Shown here: piece by piece, positions 44,068 through 55,062 of the stretch
Layout of the letters: the number at the start of each line of letters is the position of its first letter
Numbering within the stretch: position 1 is the first letter of the stretch
Assembly: GCA_038121105.1 (NCBI GenBank)
Contig: JAYONB010000003.1
Coordinates: 158,594 to 222,593, forward strand
DNA length: 64,000 nucleotides
Direction of reading: 5' to 3'
Source: Alphaproteobacteria bacterium
GTDB taxonomy: Bacteria; Pseudomonadota; Alphaproteobacteria; SHVP01
Position numbers and translations under genes: made by a program
Notes under the pieces: model-generated
Database searches by the model: none
Told to the model about the DNA's origin: nothing
What the model saw: only the letters and a program-made list of their open reading frames with translations

Positions 44068-44799
44068 TCAGACGTCAACAAAGAGCGCGATGAGACCGGC
44101 CAACATGGCGCGGGTCTCGGCATCGGCCGCCCCATCCACCCGGGCGGGGCGATAGTGGCGCTGAAGCGCCGTGACCACCGCGGCGGTCGCCGGACCGTAG
44201 TGACCGTCGACGACGATCCCGTAGCCGACGGCGCCGAGGTCGGCCTGCAAATGGAGAACATCGTCGTTGGCATCGCCCTCTCGGAGCGTGTCCGAAGCGG
44301 CGGGATGAGGATCGGGCCACAGGGCAAGGCCCGATTTGGCCAACCGCGGCCAATCGAACAATTCGCCAGGATCTTGTTTGCGCGCCGGGGCGACATCGGC
44401 ATGACCCAACACGCGTGCGGCCGAGACGTCGTGACGCTCCATGACATCGCGGCACAGCGTTTCGAGTGCGGTCATTTGAGCCTCGGGAAACGCGCGGTAG
44501 CCGAACTCGTGCCCCGGGTTGACCAGTTCGATACCGATGGAACATCCGTTGATATCGGTTTCGCCGTGCCACGATGCGACCCCCGCGTGCCAGGCGCGAC
44601 GATCTTCGTCGACCAGCGCATACAGCGTGCCGTCTTCGTCGATCAGATAATGCGCGCTGACTTTCGCGGCGGGATCGCACAACCGGTCGAGCGCGCCCGC
44701 GCAATCTTCCATGCCGGTGTAATGCAGAACGATCATGTCGACCGGGGCACGACGGGCGTCGTGATTGGGGGACGGTCGTTTTGTCGCCGGTAAACTCAT
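44068..44799 (-). CDS. N-acetylmuramoyl-L-alanine amidase (Amidase_2 plus PG-binding domain)
   Basis: VLHYT, VSAHY, RAWHAG, SIGIE, GHADVAPARKQDPG, C-terminal DGHYG...QRH. No signal peptide. Confidence 0.92.
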   Translation of the reverse strand: MSLPATKRPSPNHDARRAPVDMIVLHYTGMEDCAGALDRLCDPAAKVSAHYLIDEDGTLYALVDEDRRAWHAGVASWHGETDINGCSIGIELVNPGHEFGYRAFPEAQMTALETLCRDVMERHDVSAARVLGHADVAPARKQDPGELFDWPRLAKSGLALWPDPHPAASDTLREGDANDDVLHLQADLGAVGYGIVVDGHYGPATAAVVTALQRHYRPARVDGAADAETRAMLAGLIALFVDV

Positions 44800-45680
44800 G
44801 GTGCGGCCTTCTCCGGTATCGGCCTCCCCTTACGGGCCGAGCGAATGGCGATGATGGCGACACCGGCGATCGTCATGAAACCACCGACAACAATTTGCAG
44901 TGTCGGTTGATCGCCGTAAACGGTAACGCCGAAGAAGACGGCAAAAACCGGGGCAAGAAGGAACAACGGATTGACCCACGTCACCGGGTAGCGCTTGAGC
45001 AAAAAGTAAAGCCCCCCGTGGCCGACGATCGATCCTGCGACGGCGGCATAAACGATGCCGGCGACCGGCCCCAGCGTGGCGGTGCGGATCGCTTCGATCT
45101 GACCGCTTTCGAACAGAATGGTGAGGATAAAATAGGCCGGGATGCCGACCACCGCGGTCCACGCCTGCACCTGCATGGGCCCCACGCCGGTCAACCGGCG
45201 CAACATGATCGTCGTAATCGCCATCGGCACGGTACTGATCACCACAACCAAGAGCGCGTCGAGGTGGTTGACGACCACCGGGTCGAACGAAATGACGACG
45301 GTCCCGGCGAACGCCACCGCGATGGCCACCGTTCGCCACAGGCCGATGCGCTCGCCGAGAAAGATCACCGCGAGAATGGCGCCGAACGGAATGAAAAGCT
45401 GGGTGGCGATGGCGGCCGAGGAAACATCGCCGGACATCCCAAGTCCGGAGAAGTTCAGCGAAAAATGCAAGACGCCGACCATGAAGCCGACGGCGACCAC
45501 CGGTCCGATCTTGTCACGCGGCACCCGCAGAAACGGAAACAGAAGAACCGCCAGCAAGACGAAACGTAGGAGCAGCATTTCGAATGTCGGGAAATGATCG
45601 AGCGCGGTCTTGGCTGCAACAAAATTGAACCCCCATAACAGGGTGATCAATAGGGCTAGCCCGAGATGTTGCGGCTTCAT
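44796..45680 (-). CDS. EamA/DMT family transporter
   Basis: LWGFNF..AK, RF, LGERIG, about 10 TM helices, LLKRYPV. Confidence 0.9.
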   Translation of the reverse strand: MKPQHLGLALLITLLWGFNFVAAKTALDHFPTFEMLLLRFVLLAVLLFPFLRVPRDKIGPVVAVGFMVGVLHFSLNFSGLGMSGDVSSAAIATQLFIPFGAILAVIFLGERIGLWRTVAIAVAFAGTVVISFDPVVVNHLDALLVVVISTVPMAITTIMLRRLTGVGPMQVQAWTAVVGIPAYFILTILFESGQIEAIRTATLGPVAGIVYAAVAGSIVGHGGLYFLLKRYPVTWVNPLFLLAPVFAVFFGVTVYGDQPTLQIVVGGFMTIAGVAIIAIRSARKGRPIPEKAAP

Positions 45681-46588
45681 GGCGACGCGGTGTCGCGTTC
45701 GGTCTCGGATTTCTTGTCGAAGTCGACCTCGCCGCCTTCGCCCTCTCGGGTGCGGAACACAATAATGGCCACGCCGATCAACGTCAGCGCCCCGCCCAAC
45801 GCGATTTGCGAGGACAGCACATCGCCGTAGACGACGATGCCCGAGCCGATCCCGAACACCGGCAACAAAAGCATGAGCGGGGCCACGGTACTGACGGGAT
45901 AACGCCGCAACAGGTAGTACCAGCCGGCGTGGAACAGCGTGCCGACGAAGATCGTGTAGACGAAGCCGTACCAGGCCAACGCACTGGCATCGGGGACGTC
46001 CGCCCAGCGATCGAATTCGAAGATGAGAGACAACGCGAGCATCTGGGGAGCGGCAAGGAAGGACAGCCAGAACTGAAGTTGAAAAACCGTGATGCCGTTG
46101 AGTTTGCGCATGAACAACGACGAGACCGACAACGACATCGCCGACAACGTGACGAACATCATCGCGTCGAGCTGCCGGAAGGCCGCGGGATCGAACCCCA
46201 TCACGACCACGCCACCAAAGGCGATAGCAATGGCGACGCTGCGAACCCAACCGATCCGTTCGCCGAGAAAGATGATCCCGAGAATGGTCGAGAACGGTAC
46301 GTAAAGCTGGTTGGTGATCGCCATCGTTGAGACGTCCTCGGAGATGCTCAGCGACTTGAACATGAAGCCGAATTGCATCACGCCGAGCGTGACCGCGACC
46401 AGAAATACGTTGAGCATTTGCCCTTTGAACACACGCGCGAACGGCGCCAGCGCGACGGACAAGATCGCAAAGCGCATCGCCACCGTGAGAAACGGCGGCA
46501 GGGTATCGACGGCGATCTTAGAAGCGACCCAGTTCGTACCGGCCGCTGCCGCCATCGTCAGGGCAAAAAGGAGATGTTGGGGGCGCAT
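45677..46588 (-). CDS. EamA/DMT family transporter (paralog)
   Basis: Same architecture: QLYVPF, LGERIGW, LLRRYPV. Confidence 0.9.
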   Translation of the reverse strand: MRPQHLLFALTMAAAAGTNWVASKIAVDTLPPFLTVAMRFAILSVALAPFARVFKGQMLNVFLVAVTLGVMQFGFMFKSLSISEDVSTMAITNQLYVPFSTILGIIFLGERIGWVRSVAIAIAFGGVVVMGFDPAAFRQLDAMMFVTLSAMSLSVSSLFMRKLNGITVFQLQFWLSFLAAPQMLALSLIFEFDRWADVPDASALAWYGFVYTIFVGTLFHAGWYYLLRRYPVSTVAPLMLLLPVFGIGSGIVVYGDVLSSQIALGGALTLIGVAIIVFRTREGEGGEVDFDKKSETERDTASP

Positions 46589-46594
46589 CGCGGT

Positions 46595-47326
46595 CTACGC
46601 CAAGCCACGCTCTTTTTCGATGCGGTCGTAGGCGACGTTGATCGCGGCTAGCTTGTCGTTGGCCACTTGCACGAACTCCTCCGGCACGCCTTGCGCGATG
46701 AGGGCGTCGGGATGATGCTCGCGAATGAGTCGGCGATAGACTTTCTTAATATCGTCGTTGGACGCGTCGCGCGAAATGCCGAGCACCTGATAAGGGTCGG
46801 CCTGGTCCGGCCCGAGATGGGCTTCTTTGATCCGCGCGAACTCGTTCGCGTCGAACCCGAAAATTCGCGAGACGTTTTCGAGGTACTCGAGTTCGGCCGG
46901 GTGCATGATGTTGTCGGCCTTGGCGATGTGAAACAAGCCGTCGACCAGATCCTCGAGGACCCGGGGGTTTTCTTTGAAGAGCCCAGCGATTTGGTGGGCG
47001 TATATCTCGTAGCCTCGGGCATCCTTGCGGGCGAGATCGAACACCCGCGCGACGTTCTTCATTTCGTCCGGCGGGATTTGAAAGACTTCTTTGAAGGCCT
47101 GTACTTCGTCGGCGGTGACCTGGCCGTCGGCCTTCGCCATTTTGGCGCCCAGGGCAATGACCCCGATGGTAAAGGCGATCTGCTTGGTGGCGTCACCGCC
47201 CTCCTCGTCGCCCCGGGCCCGGTGTCGGTCGTAGACATGGCCGGCCAGCCCGCCGACCAACGCACCAATAGGCCCGCCCACCGCGAACCCGGTGGTTGCC
47301 CCGATGATTTTGCCCCAAATGCTCAT
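46595..47326 (-). CDS. djlA: DjlA-type co-chaperone (TerB-like plus C-terminal J domain)
   Basis: MSIWGKIIG..GGPIGAL..G..GH, AKMAKADG, DPYQVLG, HHPD. Confidence 0.88.
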   Translation of the reverse strand: MSIWGKIIGATTGFAVGGPIGALVGGLAGHVYDRHRARGDEEGGDATKQIAFTIGVIALGAKMAKADGQVTADEVQAFKEVFQIPPDEMKNVARVFDLARKDARGYEIYAHQIAGLFKENPRVLEDLVDGLFHIAKADNIMHPAELEYLENVSRIFGFDANEFARIKEAHLGPDQADPYQVLGISRDASNDDIKKVYRRLIREHHPDALIAQGVPEEFVQVANDKLAAINVAYDRIEKERGLA

Positions 47327-47432
47327 GAACTGGCTCCGTGGCGAACCTACCGCGCGGACCGGGGTTGTACCAGTCATGCCCCCCAAGTTGCCTCGCTAGG
47401 CCGATGCGGAACGATATGTTATCGAAACCGCC

Positions 47433-50400
47433 ATGGATGCGGGGTGGCAGTTCTGGATCGACCGTGGCGGCACGTTCACCGACGTCGTGGCGCGCGCGCC
47501 CGACGGGTCTTTGCAAGCCCGTAAGCTGCTGTCCGAGAACCCCGAGCACTACCGCGACGCCGCCCTTCAGGGCATTCGCGAGACGCTCGGCGTGGAGACC
47601 AACGATCCGATACCGGCCGAGCGCATCGCTTCGGTGAAAATGGGCACGACAGTGGCGACCAACGCGCTGCTGGAGCGCAAGGGCGACCGCACCGTGCTGG
47701 TCATCACCGAAGGGTTGGGGGATGCGCTGCGCATCGGCTACCAGAACCGGCCCAAGCTGTTCGTACGGCACATTGAACTCCCGGAAATGCTGTACGAGCG
47801 CGTGATCGAAGCACCGGAGCGTTTGCTCGCCGACGGGACCGTTCGCAAGGAACTCGACGAGGAGACAGTGCACCGCGATCTGCAGGCGGCGTTCGACGCG
47901 GGCATTCGCGCGGCCGCCGTGATTTTGATGCACGGCTATCGCTACCCCGCGCACGAAGCGCGCATCGGCGCCATCGCCCGCGAGATCGGCTTTACGCAGG
48001 TATCGGTCTCGCACGAGGTCAGTCCGTTGATGAAACTGGTGAGCCGCGGCGACACCACGGTGGTGGACGCTTATCTGTCGCCGATCCTTCGGCGCTACAT
48101 CGATGGTCTCGCCGGCGAACTTGGCGGCACGCGGTTGATGTTCATGCAGTCGAGCGGCGGGTTGGCGCGTGCGGACTTTTTTCAAGGCAAGGACTCGATC
48201 CTGTCGGGTCCGGCCGGTGGCGTGGTCGGTGCGGTGCGCACCAGCGAGCGTGCCGGATTGCCACGCATCATCGGCTTCGACATGGGTGGAACCTCGACCG
48301 ACGTGTCGCACTACGACGGCGAATTCGAACGCGCCTTCGAGACCGAGGTCGCCGGGGTCCGCATGCGGGCGCCGATGATGGCGATCCATACCGTAGCCGC
48401 GGGCGGCGGTTCGATCCTGCATTTCGACGGCTCGCGCTATCGCGTGGGGCCGGATTCGGCCGGCGCCAATCCCGGCCCGGCGTGTTATCGCCGCGGCGGG
48501 CCCCTGACGGTGACCGACGCCAATGTCTGCGTCGGCAAGCTGCAGCCCGATTCGTTCCCCGCAGTGTTCGGCCCGAATGCGGACCAACCCCTCGACGCCG
48601 AGGTCGTCCGCCAGCGTTTCGAAGACTTGGCAAAGGAAATCGAAGCGGCGACCGGCGACAAACGCTCGGCCCAAGAAGTCGCGAACGGATTCATCGCGAT
48701 CGCGGTCGAAAACATGGCCAATGCGATCAAGAAGATCTCCATCCAACGCGGCTATGACGTGACCGATTACACGTTGTGCTGTTTTGGCGGCGCCGGTGCG
48801 CAGCATGCCTGCCTCGTAGCCGACGCCCTGGGCATGACCAAGGTGATCATTCACCCGCTCGCAGGTTTGCTGTCGGCCTACGGCATGGGCCTCGCGGATA
48901 CGACGACGATGCGCGAACGCGCCGTCGAGGCGGTACTCGACGACGACCAAGTCGCTGCTCTGGGCACGACCGTCGCCGAACTCGAAAAAGAAGCCTTGGC
49001 CGAACTCGCCGGCCAGGCCATTGCTGCCGATCGCATCGATGTGCTGCGCAAAGTGCATTTGCGCTACGAGGGCAGCGATACGCCACTGATCGTCGATTTC
49101 GACGATGCCGCCGGGATGCGCGCCCAGTTCGAAACGGTCCATCGCCAGCGCTTTGGCTTTGCCGCGCCGGACAAGCCGCTGATCGTCGAAGCTGTGGCCG
49201 TCGAGGGGCGCGGCCGCGCCGAAGACAGCAAGGCGTTCTTGCAAGATGCGGTGGCCGAGGCAGGCCCCCTTCCCGCGCCCGGCAGCACCGTGACCGTACA
49301 CACCACCGAAGGCACGCTCGATACCCCGATCTATGAGCGCGCGCACGTGCCCGCCGATACGCCGGTGCCGGGGCCGGCCATCATCACCGAACCCAATTCG
49401 ACCATCGTGATCGAACCGGGCTGGCAAGCGGTGTTGAACGACCGGGCCGAGTTGTTGCTGACCCGTGTCGTCGCCAAAGAACGCGCGCATGCGATCGGTA
49501 CGGCGGTCGACCCGGTGATGCTTGAGATCTTCAACAACCTGTTTATGTCGATCGCCGAGCAGATGGGATCGACGCTGCAGAACACCGCGTCGTCGGTGAA
49601 CATCAAGGAGCGATTGGACTTTTCCTGCGCCGTGTTCGATGCGACCGGCAACCTCGTCGCCAACGCGCCGCACATGCCGGTGCATCTCGGCTCGATGAGC
49701 GAGAGTATTAAGACAGTGATCCGAGAGCGCGGCGATACCATCAAGCGAGGCGACGTCTACGTGCTGAACGCCCCCTACAACGGCGGCACCCATTTGCCGG
49801 ACGTAACGGTGATTACGCCGGTATTCGACGAAGACACCGGCGCCTTGCTGTTCTTTACCGGCAGCCGCGGGCACCAAGCCGACATCGGCGGCATCTCGCC
49901 GGGATCGATGCCACCCGATTCCACGACGATCGATCAAGAAGGCATTCTAATCGACAACTTCACGCTGGTGGACGGCGGCCACCTGCGCGAAGCCGAAATG
50001 CTCGATCTGCTGAAATCCGGCCCCTACCCCGCGCGCAACCCGGCCCAGAACATGGCCGACCTGAAGGCCCAGGTCGCGGCTTGCGAAAAAGGCGTCCAGG
50101 AACTGCGGCGGATGGTCGATCACTTCGGACTCGATGTGGTGCAGGCCTATATGGGCCATGTGCAGGACAACGCCGAAGAATCCGTGCGCCGCGTCATCGA
50201 CCGGCTGCACGACGGGCGCTTCGTCTATCCGTTCGACGATGGGTTCGAGTTGCGCGTGTCGATCACGGTCAACCATGAGGCGCGATCGCTAAAGATCGAC
50301 TTCACCGGCACCTCCGGGCAGCACCCCGGCAACTACAACGCGCCGCGCGCGGTAACCATGGCGGCGGTGCTGTACGTGTTTCGCATGTTGGTCGACGACG

Positions 50401-51062
50401 ACATCCCGCTGAACCAGGGTTGTCTGAAGCCGATCGAGATCATTATTCCCGACGGCTCGATGCTGGACTCCAGTTATCCGGCAGCGGTCGTGGCGGGCAA
50501 TGTCGAGACCTCGCAAAACCTGACCGATACGTTGATCGGCGCGCTGGGCGTGATGGGCGCAGCGCAAGGAACGATGAACAACTTCACGTTCGGCAACGCC
50601 CGTTACCAATATTACGAAACCGTCTCCGGCGGCTCCGGCGCGGGGCCGGGGTTCGACGGTACGGCCGCGGTACAGGTGCACATGACCAACACCCGGCTGA
50701 CCGACCCGGAGGTTCTCGAATGGCGCTACCCGGTAATGCTGGACAGCCACCGCATCCGGCGCGGCTCGGGCGGCCCCGGGCAGTGGACCGGCGGCGACGG
50801 CACGATCCGGCGCATTCGTTTCCTCGAGCCGATGACCGCAGGCGTTCTCGCCAGCCATCGCGTGGTGCCGCCGTTCGGCGCGGCCGGCGGCGAGCCCGGC
50901 CAATGCGGACGCAACTGGGTCGAGCGCGCCGACGGCACGCGCGACGAAAGTCAGTCCGGGCGCTGGGAAGTCGAGATGAACGCCGAAGATGTTTTTGTCA
51001 TCCAAACCCCGACCGGTGGAGGCTTCGGACCGGTTGCCAAACGCGCCGAGGCCGCCGAGTAA
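47433..51062 (+). CDS. ATP-dependent 5-oxoprolinase (fused hydantoinase A/B)
   Basis: [58 protein letters not shown]. Confidence 0.93.
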   Translation: MDAGWQFWIDRGGTFTDVVARAPDGSLQARKLLSENPEHYRDAALQGIRETLGVETNDPIPAERIASVKMGTTVATNALLERKGDRTVLVITEGLGDALRIGYQNRPKLFVRHIELPEMLYERVIEAPERLLADGTVRKELDEETVHRDLQAAFDAGIRAAAVILMHGYRYPAHEARIGAIAREIGFTQVSVSHEVSPLMKLVSRGDTTVVDAYLSPILRRYIDGLAGELGGTRLMFMQSSGGLARADFFQGKDSILSGPAGGVVGAVRTSERAGLPRIIGFDMGGTSTDVSHYDGEFERAFETEVAGVRMRAPMMAIHTVAAGGGSILHFDGSRYRVGPDSAGANPGPACYRRGGPLTVTDANVCVGKLQPDSFPAVFGPNADQPLDAEVVRQRFEDLAKEIEAATGDKRSAQEVANGFIAIAVENMANAIKKISIQRGYDVTDYTLCCFGGAGAQHACLVADALGMTKVIIHPLAGLLSAYGMGLADTTTMRERAVEAVLDDDQVAALGTTVAELEKEALAELAGQAIAADRIDVLRKVHLRYEGSDTPLIVDFDDAAGMRAQFETVHRQRFGFAAPDKPLIVEAVAVEGRGRAEDSKAFLQDAVAEAGPLPAPGSTVTVHTTEGTLDTPIYERAHVPADTPVPGPAIITEPNSTIVIEPGWQAVLNDRAELLLTRVVAKERAHAIGTAVDPVMLEIFNNLFMSIAEQMGSTLQNTASSVNIKERLDFSCAVFDATGNLVANAPHMPVHLGSMSESIKTVIRERGDTIKRGDVYVLNAPYNGGTHLPDVTVITPVFDEDTGALLFFTGSRGHQADIGGISPGSMPPDSTTIDQEGILIDNFTLVDGGHLREAEMLDLLKSGPYPARNPAQNMADLKAQVAACEKGVQELRRMVDHFGLDVVQAYMGHVQDNAEESVRRVIDRLHDGRFVYPFDDGFELRVSITVNHEARSLKIDFTGTSGQHPGNYNAPRAVTMAAVLYVFRMLVDDDIPLNQGCLKPIEIIIPDGSMLDSSYPAAVVAGNVETSQNLTDTLIGALGVMGAAQGTMNNFTFGNARYQYYETVSGGSGAGPGFDGTAAVQVHMTNTRLTDPEVLEWRYPVMLDSHRIRRGSGGPGQWTGGDGTIRRIRFLEPMTAGVLASHRVVPPFGAAGGEPGQCGRNWVERADGTRDESQSGRWEVEMNAEDVFVIQTPTGGGFGPVAKRAEAAE

Positions 51063-51065
51063 ACC

Positions 51066-52043
51066 GTGTACGACCTATCCGTCCTGCCGGTGCCGCTGCA
51101 GGATCGTTTCCTACAGCACGAGGACTGGCGCTGGGGATATTTCACCAACGCCGACGGCAAGCGTCTGCGCACCGGTTGGGCCGACCCGAGGCCGCGTTCG
51201 ACCGTGCGCGCCACCGCGATTACCCTGCCCGGCTTTGGCGGCTTCGCCGAACAGTGGTTCGAGTTGTTCACCGACCTGCTCGATCGTGGCATCGCCATCC
51301 GGCATCTCGATTGGAACGGTCAGGGTGGTTCGGACCGTTACCTCGACAACAGCCACAAGATGCATTCGCTAGGGTACGGACGCGACGTACGCGACCTTCA
51401 TGCCTTCATCGATCAATTCATCGAGGTGAACCACGACCGCCCGGTGTTTTTATTGGCCCATTCGATGGGCGCGCATATCGCGATGCGCTATTTGTCCGAA
51501 CGGCCCGATGCCGTGGCGGGGGCGTTCCTGACGGCTCCGATGCTGGCCATCCACGCCGAAAAGGCGCCGCCCGCCGTGGTGGCTCAGGTGGCGCGTTTGA
51601 TGACCGCCTTGGGTTTCGGCGAGCGCTACCTGTTAGGCCACGAGGACTGGTGGTTTCGCGAGCACTACGCGGTCGAAGAAAGCCGACTATCGCAGGACGC
51701 AGTGCGTTACCGCGTGGCGCAACTCTACTACCGGCTCGAGCCCAGTTTGCGGATCGGCGGCGGCACCTGGCGATGGTTGCACGAGTCCTTCAGGTCGATC
51801 GATAAGTTGAAACGCCCGCGTGTCTTGCGGGAAATCCGCACGCCGATCCATATCGCCTCGGCCGGCCGGGACGTGATCGTCGACAATCGCGCACATGCGC
51901 GCGCCGCGCGCTATTTGCCGGACTGCGCCGTGACGCACTACGCCGACGCCAAGCACGATATTTGGATGGAGACCGACGCGATTCGCGAACCGCTGTTGGC
52001 GACGCTCGATCAGTTCCTGGCCGACAAGGTTGGCGTCCGCTAG
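51066..52043 (+). CDS. Alpha/beta hydrolase, lysophospholipase L2 (PldB)-like, no signal peptide
   Basis: DWNGQGGS, nucleophile AHSMG, APML, catalytic Asp (GRDVIV) and His (AKHDI). Confidence 0.85.
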   Translation: MYDLSVLPVPLQDRFLQHEDWRWGYFTNADGKRLRTGWADPRPRSTVRATAITLPGFGGFAEQWFELFTDLLDRGIAIRHLDWNGQGGSDRYLDNSHKMHSLGYGRDVRDLHAFIDQFIEVNHDRPVFLLAHSMGAHIAMRYLSERPDAVAGAFLTAPMLAIHAEKAPPAVVAQVARLMTALGFGERYLLGHEDWWFREHYAVEESRLSQDAVRYRVAQLYYRLEPSLRIGGGTWRWLHESFRSIDKLKRPRVLREIRTPIHIASAGRDVIVDNRAHARAARYLPDCAVTHYADAKHDIWMETDAIREPLLATLDQFLADKVGVR

Positions 52044-53383
52044 TCGCCGCTAAGGACGCGCGATAGCGGACGGCTGAGGGGCGCATCCAGAATTCGGCGC
52101 GCCAAATCGGACGCGGCCCCGGCACCAAGCCGAGGGGTGGCCAATTGCAGGAACTTGGCCATCAGGGCATCGCGCCCCATCGGTTGATCCGGGTCGCCCT
52201 CGACGCGGTCGACCGACAGGTTGGTTTCTTGTCCGTTTCTGACAATGGTCAACGTCGCCCCGCGACCGGTGTCGAACGCGCCGGTTTCTTCCACAACGAT
52301 CAGCGCTTCGAGGCGGTTGATCTCGGGATCGCACAGGGCGGCGGCGTCATAGGCTTCCGGACCAAGGCCGCCACGCGCCAAGGCATGCGCAAGCCCGTAA
52401 GTCAGACTGAACTGCGCTTGGATCGCGGTGGTGGGCGCGCGATTGCCGCAATATGTCATCGCCTCGGGATAGGTTTGCAACCCGATCGCGGTGATCGCTT
52501 CGGTGTCGGTCCCGAATTCCGCGCGCCAATCCAGCGCGGCTTGGGCGCCGTAGTGGACGTGACGCACGGCGGCGAACGCTTTGAAGTAGCCCTGCAATAC
52601 GAGCCAAATACCGGGCGGCGTCAACGCCACGGCCTTTGTCGGATCGAAGGTAAGCGCCGCGGCCTCGCCGAGCGCCTGTTGGGGTGCGGTGACGCCGGCT
52701 GCCAACGCCAGTGCCGCTTCGATGCCACGCGACACGGCTTGCGCCGCGTAAAGATTGCGGGTGGTCGCGCCCTCGCGCGCCGGCGCATACAGGCTCGCCG
52801 GGATGAGGCAGGCGGCCGCCTCCACAGCCGTCGCGAGGTGGTCTCGGTCGCGGGCATGCAGCACGGCGGCGGCCGCGGCGGCGGCGACCACCGTGCCCCA
52901 GGTCCCGTCGACATGCATCCCGGCACGAATCCGCCAAGCCGCACCAAGCCGCGCGCCGACCTCGTACCCGACGACCAGCGAATCCAGGGCATCGACCAAA
53001 CGGGCGTCGGTCTCGAGGGCGACGGCCACGGCGGCCGGCACGGCATGAAGCCCGGGGCGGCCATGCGCCGAGGCCAGTCCCTCGCAGGCTTCGTCCCAAC
53101 ACGCCGCAAGCGCCATCGCCTGGCCCAGATGACTAGCCGACAGCCCGGGTGGGAAACCGGGACAGGGCGGGGCTTGTCCCGACGCGAGGCGCATGACGTA
53201 CGCGCCCACTTCATCGCGCCCTAAGCCCGCAAGCGCACAGCCCAAGGTATCGAGCAGCAAGAGCCGCGCGCGATCGGCGACCGCCGGGTCCGCCGTGGGT
53301 GGCGTTTCCGCGAGCCACCCGAGGACCGCGCGCAGCTGCGCATCATGTTGGGCGAAATTCGAGGCTTGTGATTGGGACGACAC
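52040..53383 (-). CDS. MmgE/PrpD family protein
   Basis: LLDTLGCALAG, GYEVGARLG, AQFS, GDPDQPM...KF. Start codon uncertain. Confidence 0.8.
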   Translation of the reverse strand: MSSQSQASNFAQHDAQLRAVLGWLAETPPTADPAVADRARLLLLDTLGCALAGLGRDEVGAYVMRLASGQAPPCPGFPPGLSASHLGQAMALAACWDEACEGLASAHGRPGLHAVPAAVAVALETDARLVDALDSLVVGYEVGARLGAAWRIRAGMHVDGTWGTVVAAAAAAAVLHARDRDHLATAVEAAACLIPASLYAPAREGATTRNLYAAQAVSRGIEAALALAAGVTAPQQALGEAAALTFDPTKAVALTPPGIWLVLQGYFKAFAAVRHVHYGAQAALDWRAEFGTDTEAITAIGLQTYPEAMTYCGNRAPTTAIQAQFSLTYGLAHALARGGLGPEAYDAAALCDPEINRLEALIVVEETGAFDTGRGATLTIVRNGQETNLSVDRVEGDPDQPMGRDALMAKFLQLATPRLGAGAASDLARRILDAPLSRPLSRVLSGD

Positions 53384-53400
53384 CGCATGATGATCGTGGG

Positions 53401-54417
53401 ATGAGGACGCTTCAGCAAGTCTTGGTCTTGGCTTTTGTCGTCGTCGCGGTCGTTCTTGGCCCGGTCGCGAGTGCCCAAGACGGAATCCCCGAGCGATTCA
53501 CACAGCCCGAGGGCTGGCAATGGGGACGATTCACAAACGCCGAAGGCGCGGCCATCCGGTTCGGCTATTTGCGGGCCGACAACCCGCGCGCCGTGGCGGT
53601 GGTGGTGACGGGCTTCCGCGAATTCGGCGAAAAATACTTCGAGGTGGTGCGCGACCTGCACGAACGCGGCTTCGACGTGTGGCAGATGGATTGGCGTGGC
53701 CAGGGGGGATCGGACCACTACCTGCCCGATACCGAAAAGACCTGGTACCAGGGTTACGATCGGGACGCCGACGACCTGCAGCAATTCGCAACCGAGATCG
53801 TCGAGCGCCGCGACGGCGTACCGACCTTCGTGGTCGCCCATTCGATGGGCGGGCACATCGCGCTGCGCTACCTGCGAAACCATGCAGGCACGTTTGATTT
53901 CGCGGTGATGACGGCGCCGATGCTGCGCATCAACACCGGCGGGATTCCCAAGTGGGTAGCCAAGCCGCTGGCCTGGGGCGGCAACATCGTCAATGCCGAG
54001 GCGTATATCATCGGCGGCACCCCGTGGGCGTACGATCCGGATTTTGCGGTCGAAGACAGTTCGGTATCGCAAGACCCCGCGCGCTATCGGGTGGGCCAGG
54101 AATACATGCGGCTGAACCCGAACCTGAGATTGGGTAGTGCGACCTACGGGTGGATCCGCAACGCCTTTCGCGAGATCGCCGAACTGAACGAAGAAAGCTA
54201 TCTAAGCGCGATCGAGACGCCGGTGCTGATCGCCTCGCCGCGCAACGATCAAATCGTGCTGCCCGAGGCGCACGACCGAGCCTGTCCGTTGATGCAAGCT
54301 TGCGAACTGTTTCCCATTCCAGATGCCAAGCACGAGGTGTGGATGGAACGGGACGACTTCCGCGACCCGTGGTGGGCACGCGTCGATGCGTTTATCGAAG
54401 AGCAGCTAACGCGCTAG
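53401..54417 (+). CDS. Alpha/beta hydrolase, PldB-like, with Sec signal peptide
   Basis: Signal peptide ending ASA-Q, GFREFGEKYFE, DWRGQGGS, AHSMGG, NDQIV, AKHEV. Confidence 0.87.
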   Translation: MRTLQQVLVLAFVVVAVVLGPVASAQDGIPERFTQPEGWQWGRFTNAEGAAIRFGYLRADNPRAVAVVVTGFREFGEKYFEVVRDLHERGFDVWQMDWRGQGGSDHYLPDTEKTWYQGYDRDADDLQQFATEIVERRDGVPTFVVAHSMGGHIALRYLRNHAGTFDFAVMTAPMLRINTGGIPKWVAKPLAWGGNIVNAEAYIIGGTPWAYDPDFAVEDSSVSQDPARYRVGQEYMRLNPNLRLGSATYGWIRNAFREIAELNEESYLSAIETPVLIASPRNDQIVLPEAHDRACPLMQACELFPIPDAKHEVWMERDDFRDPWWARVDAFIEEQLTR

Positions 54418-54749
54418 GCCGCCGAGGCGATCGCATCGATCTTGGCCGCCATGATGAAATCGTTTTCGTGCAGGCCCTTGATCTTGTGGGTGTACAGCTC
54501 GACGGTGGCATAGCCCCAACCGAACGCGATGTCGGGGTGATGCCCCTCTTCTTCCGCGAGCGCACCCACCTTGTTGACGAAATCCAACGCCGCGACAAAG
54601 TCGCCGAACCGGAAGGCGCGTTCGATTCGGGTCGCGCTATGCGTGAGGGTCCATTCGGGGACTTCGCGCGCGAAAACATGCGCTTCGTTTTCGGTGAGCG
54701 GGGGAATGCCGCCGCGGCACGGCACGCAGGTTTTTTCGGTCAACGCCAT
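54414..54749 (-). CDS. Pterin-4a-carbinolamine dehydratase
   Basis: EEEGHHPDI...W...THKIKGLHEND catalytic motif and N-terminal CVPC. Confidence 0.92.
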   Translation of the reverse strand: MALTEKTCVPCRGGIPPLTENEAHVFAREVPEWTLTHSATRIERAFRFGDFVAALDFVNKVGALAEEEGHHPDIAFGWGYATVELYTHKIKGLHENDFIMAAKIDAIASAA

Positions 54750-54765
54750 GACGAATCAGTCTCCT

Positions 54766-55062
54766 TTATGCGCCGGGTGGAACGCCCTCGACGCCGACCA
54801 CCCGACCGGTCGAATGTTTATGCCGAATGCCGACGATCCTTCGATAGTCGGGATCGTTCCAGAAGGATTCAAGGGCGTCCATGTCCGGGAATTCCATCAC
54901 GGCAAGGCGGCCAGCCCATTCGCCCTCAAGCGCCTTGGTGGCGCCGCCCCGGATAATGAATTTGCCGCCGTGGCGCGCGACCAACCCTGGGGTCTGCGCG
55001 GTGTATTCGGCATAAGCCTCGGCGTTCTGGACCTCGATTTCGGCAATCAGGTAGGCGCTCAT
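54766..55062 (-). CDS. DUF1330 family protein
   Basis: MSAY..., HGGKFIIRGG..LEG, EFP...W..PDY...R. Confidence 0.85.
   Translation of the reverse strand: MSAYLIAEIEVQNAEAYAEYTAQTPGLVARHGGKFIIRGGATKALEGEWAGRLAVMEFPDMDALESFWNDPDYRRIVGIRHKHSTGRVVGVEGVPPGA

Noticed and set aside
47193-49937. 914-aa antisense ORF and similar long shadow ORFs (e.g. 18157-20217, 20221-21972, 5692-7257)
   Set aside because: They lie opposite well-supported genes, have no recognisable motifs, and are expected from stop-poor GC-rich codon usage.
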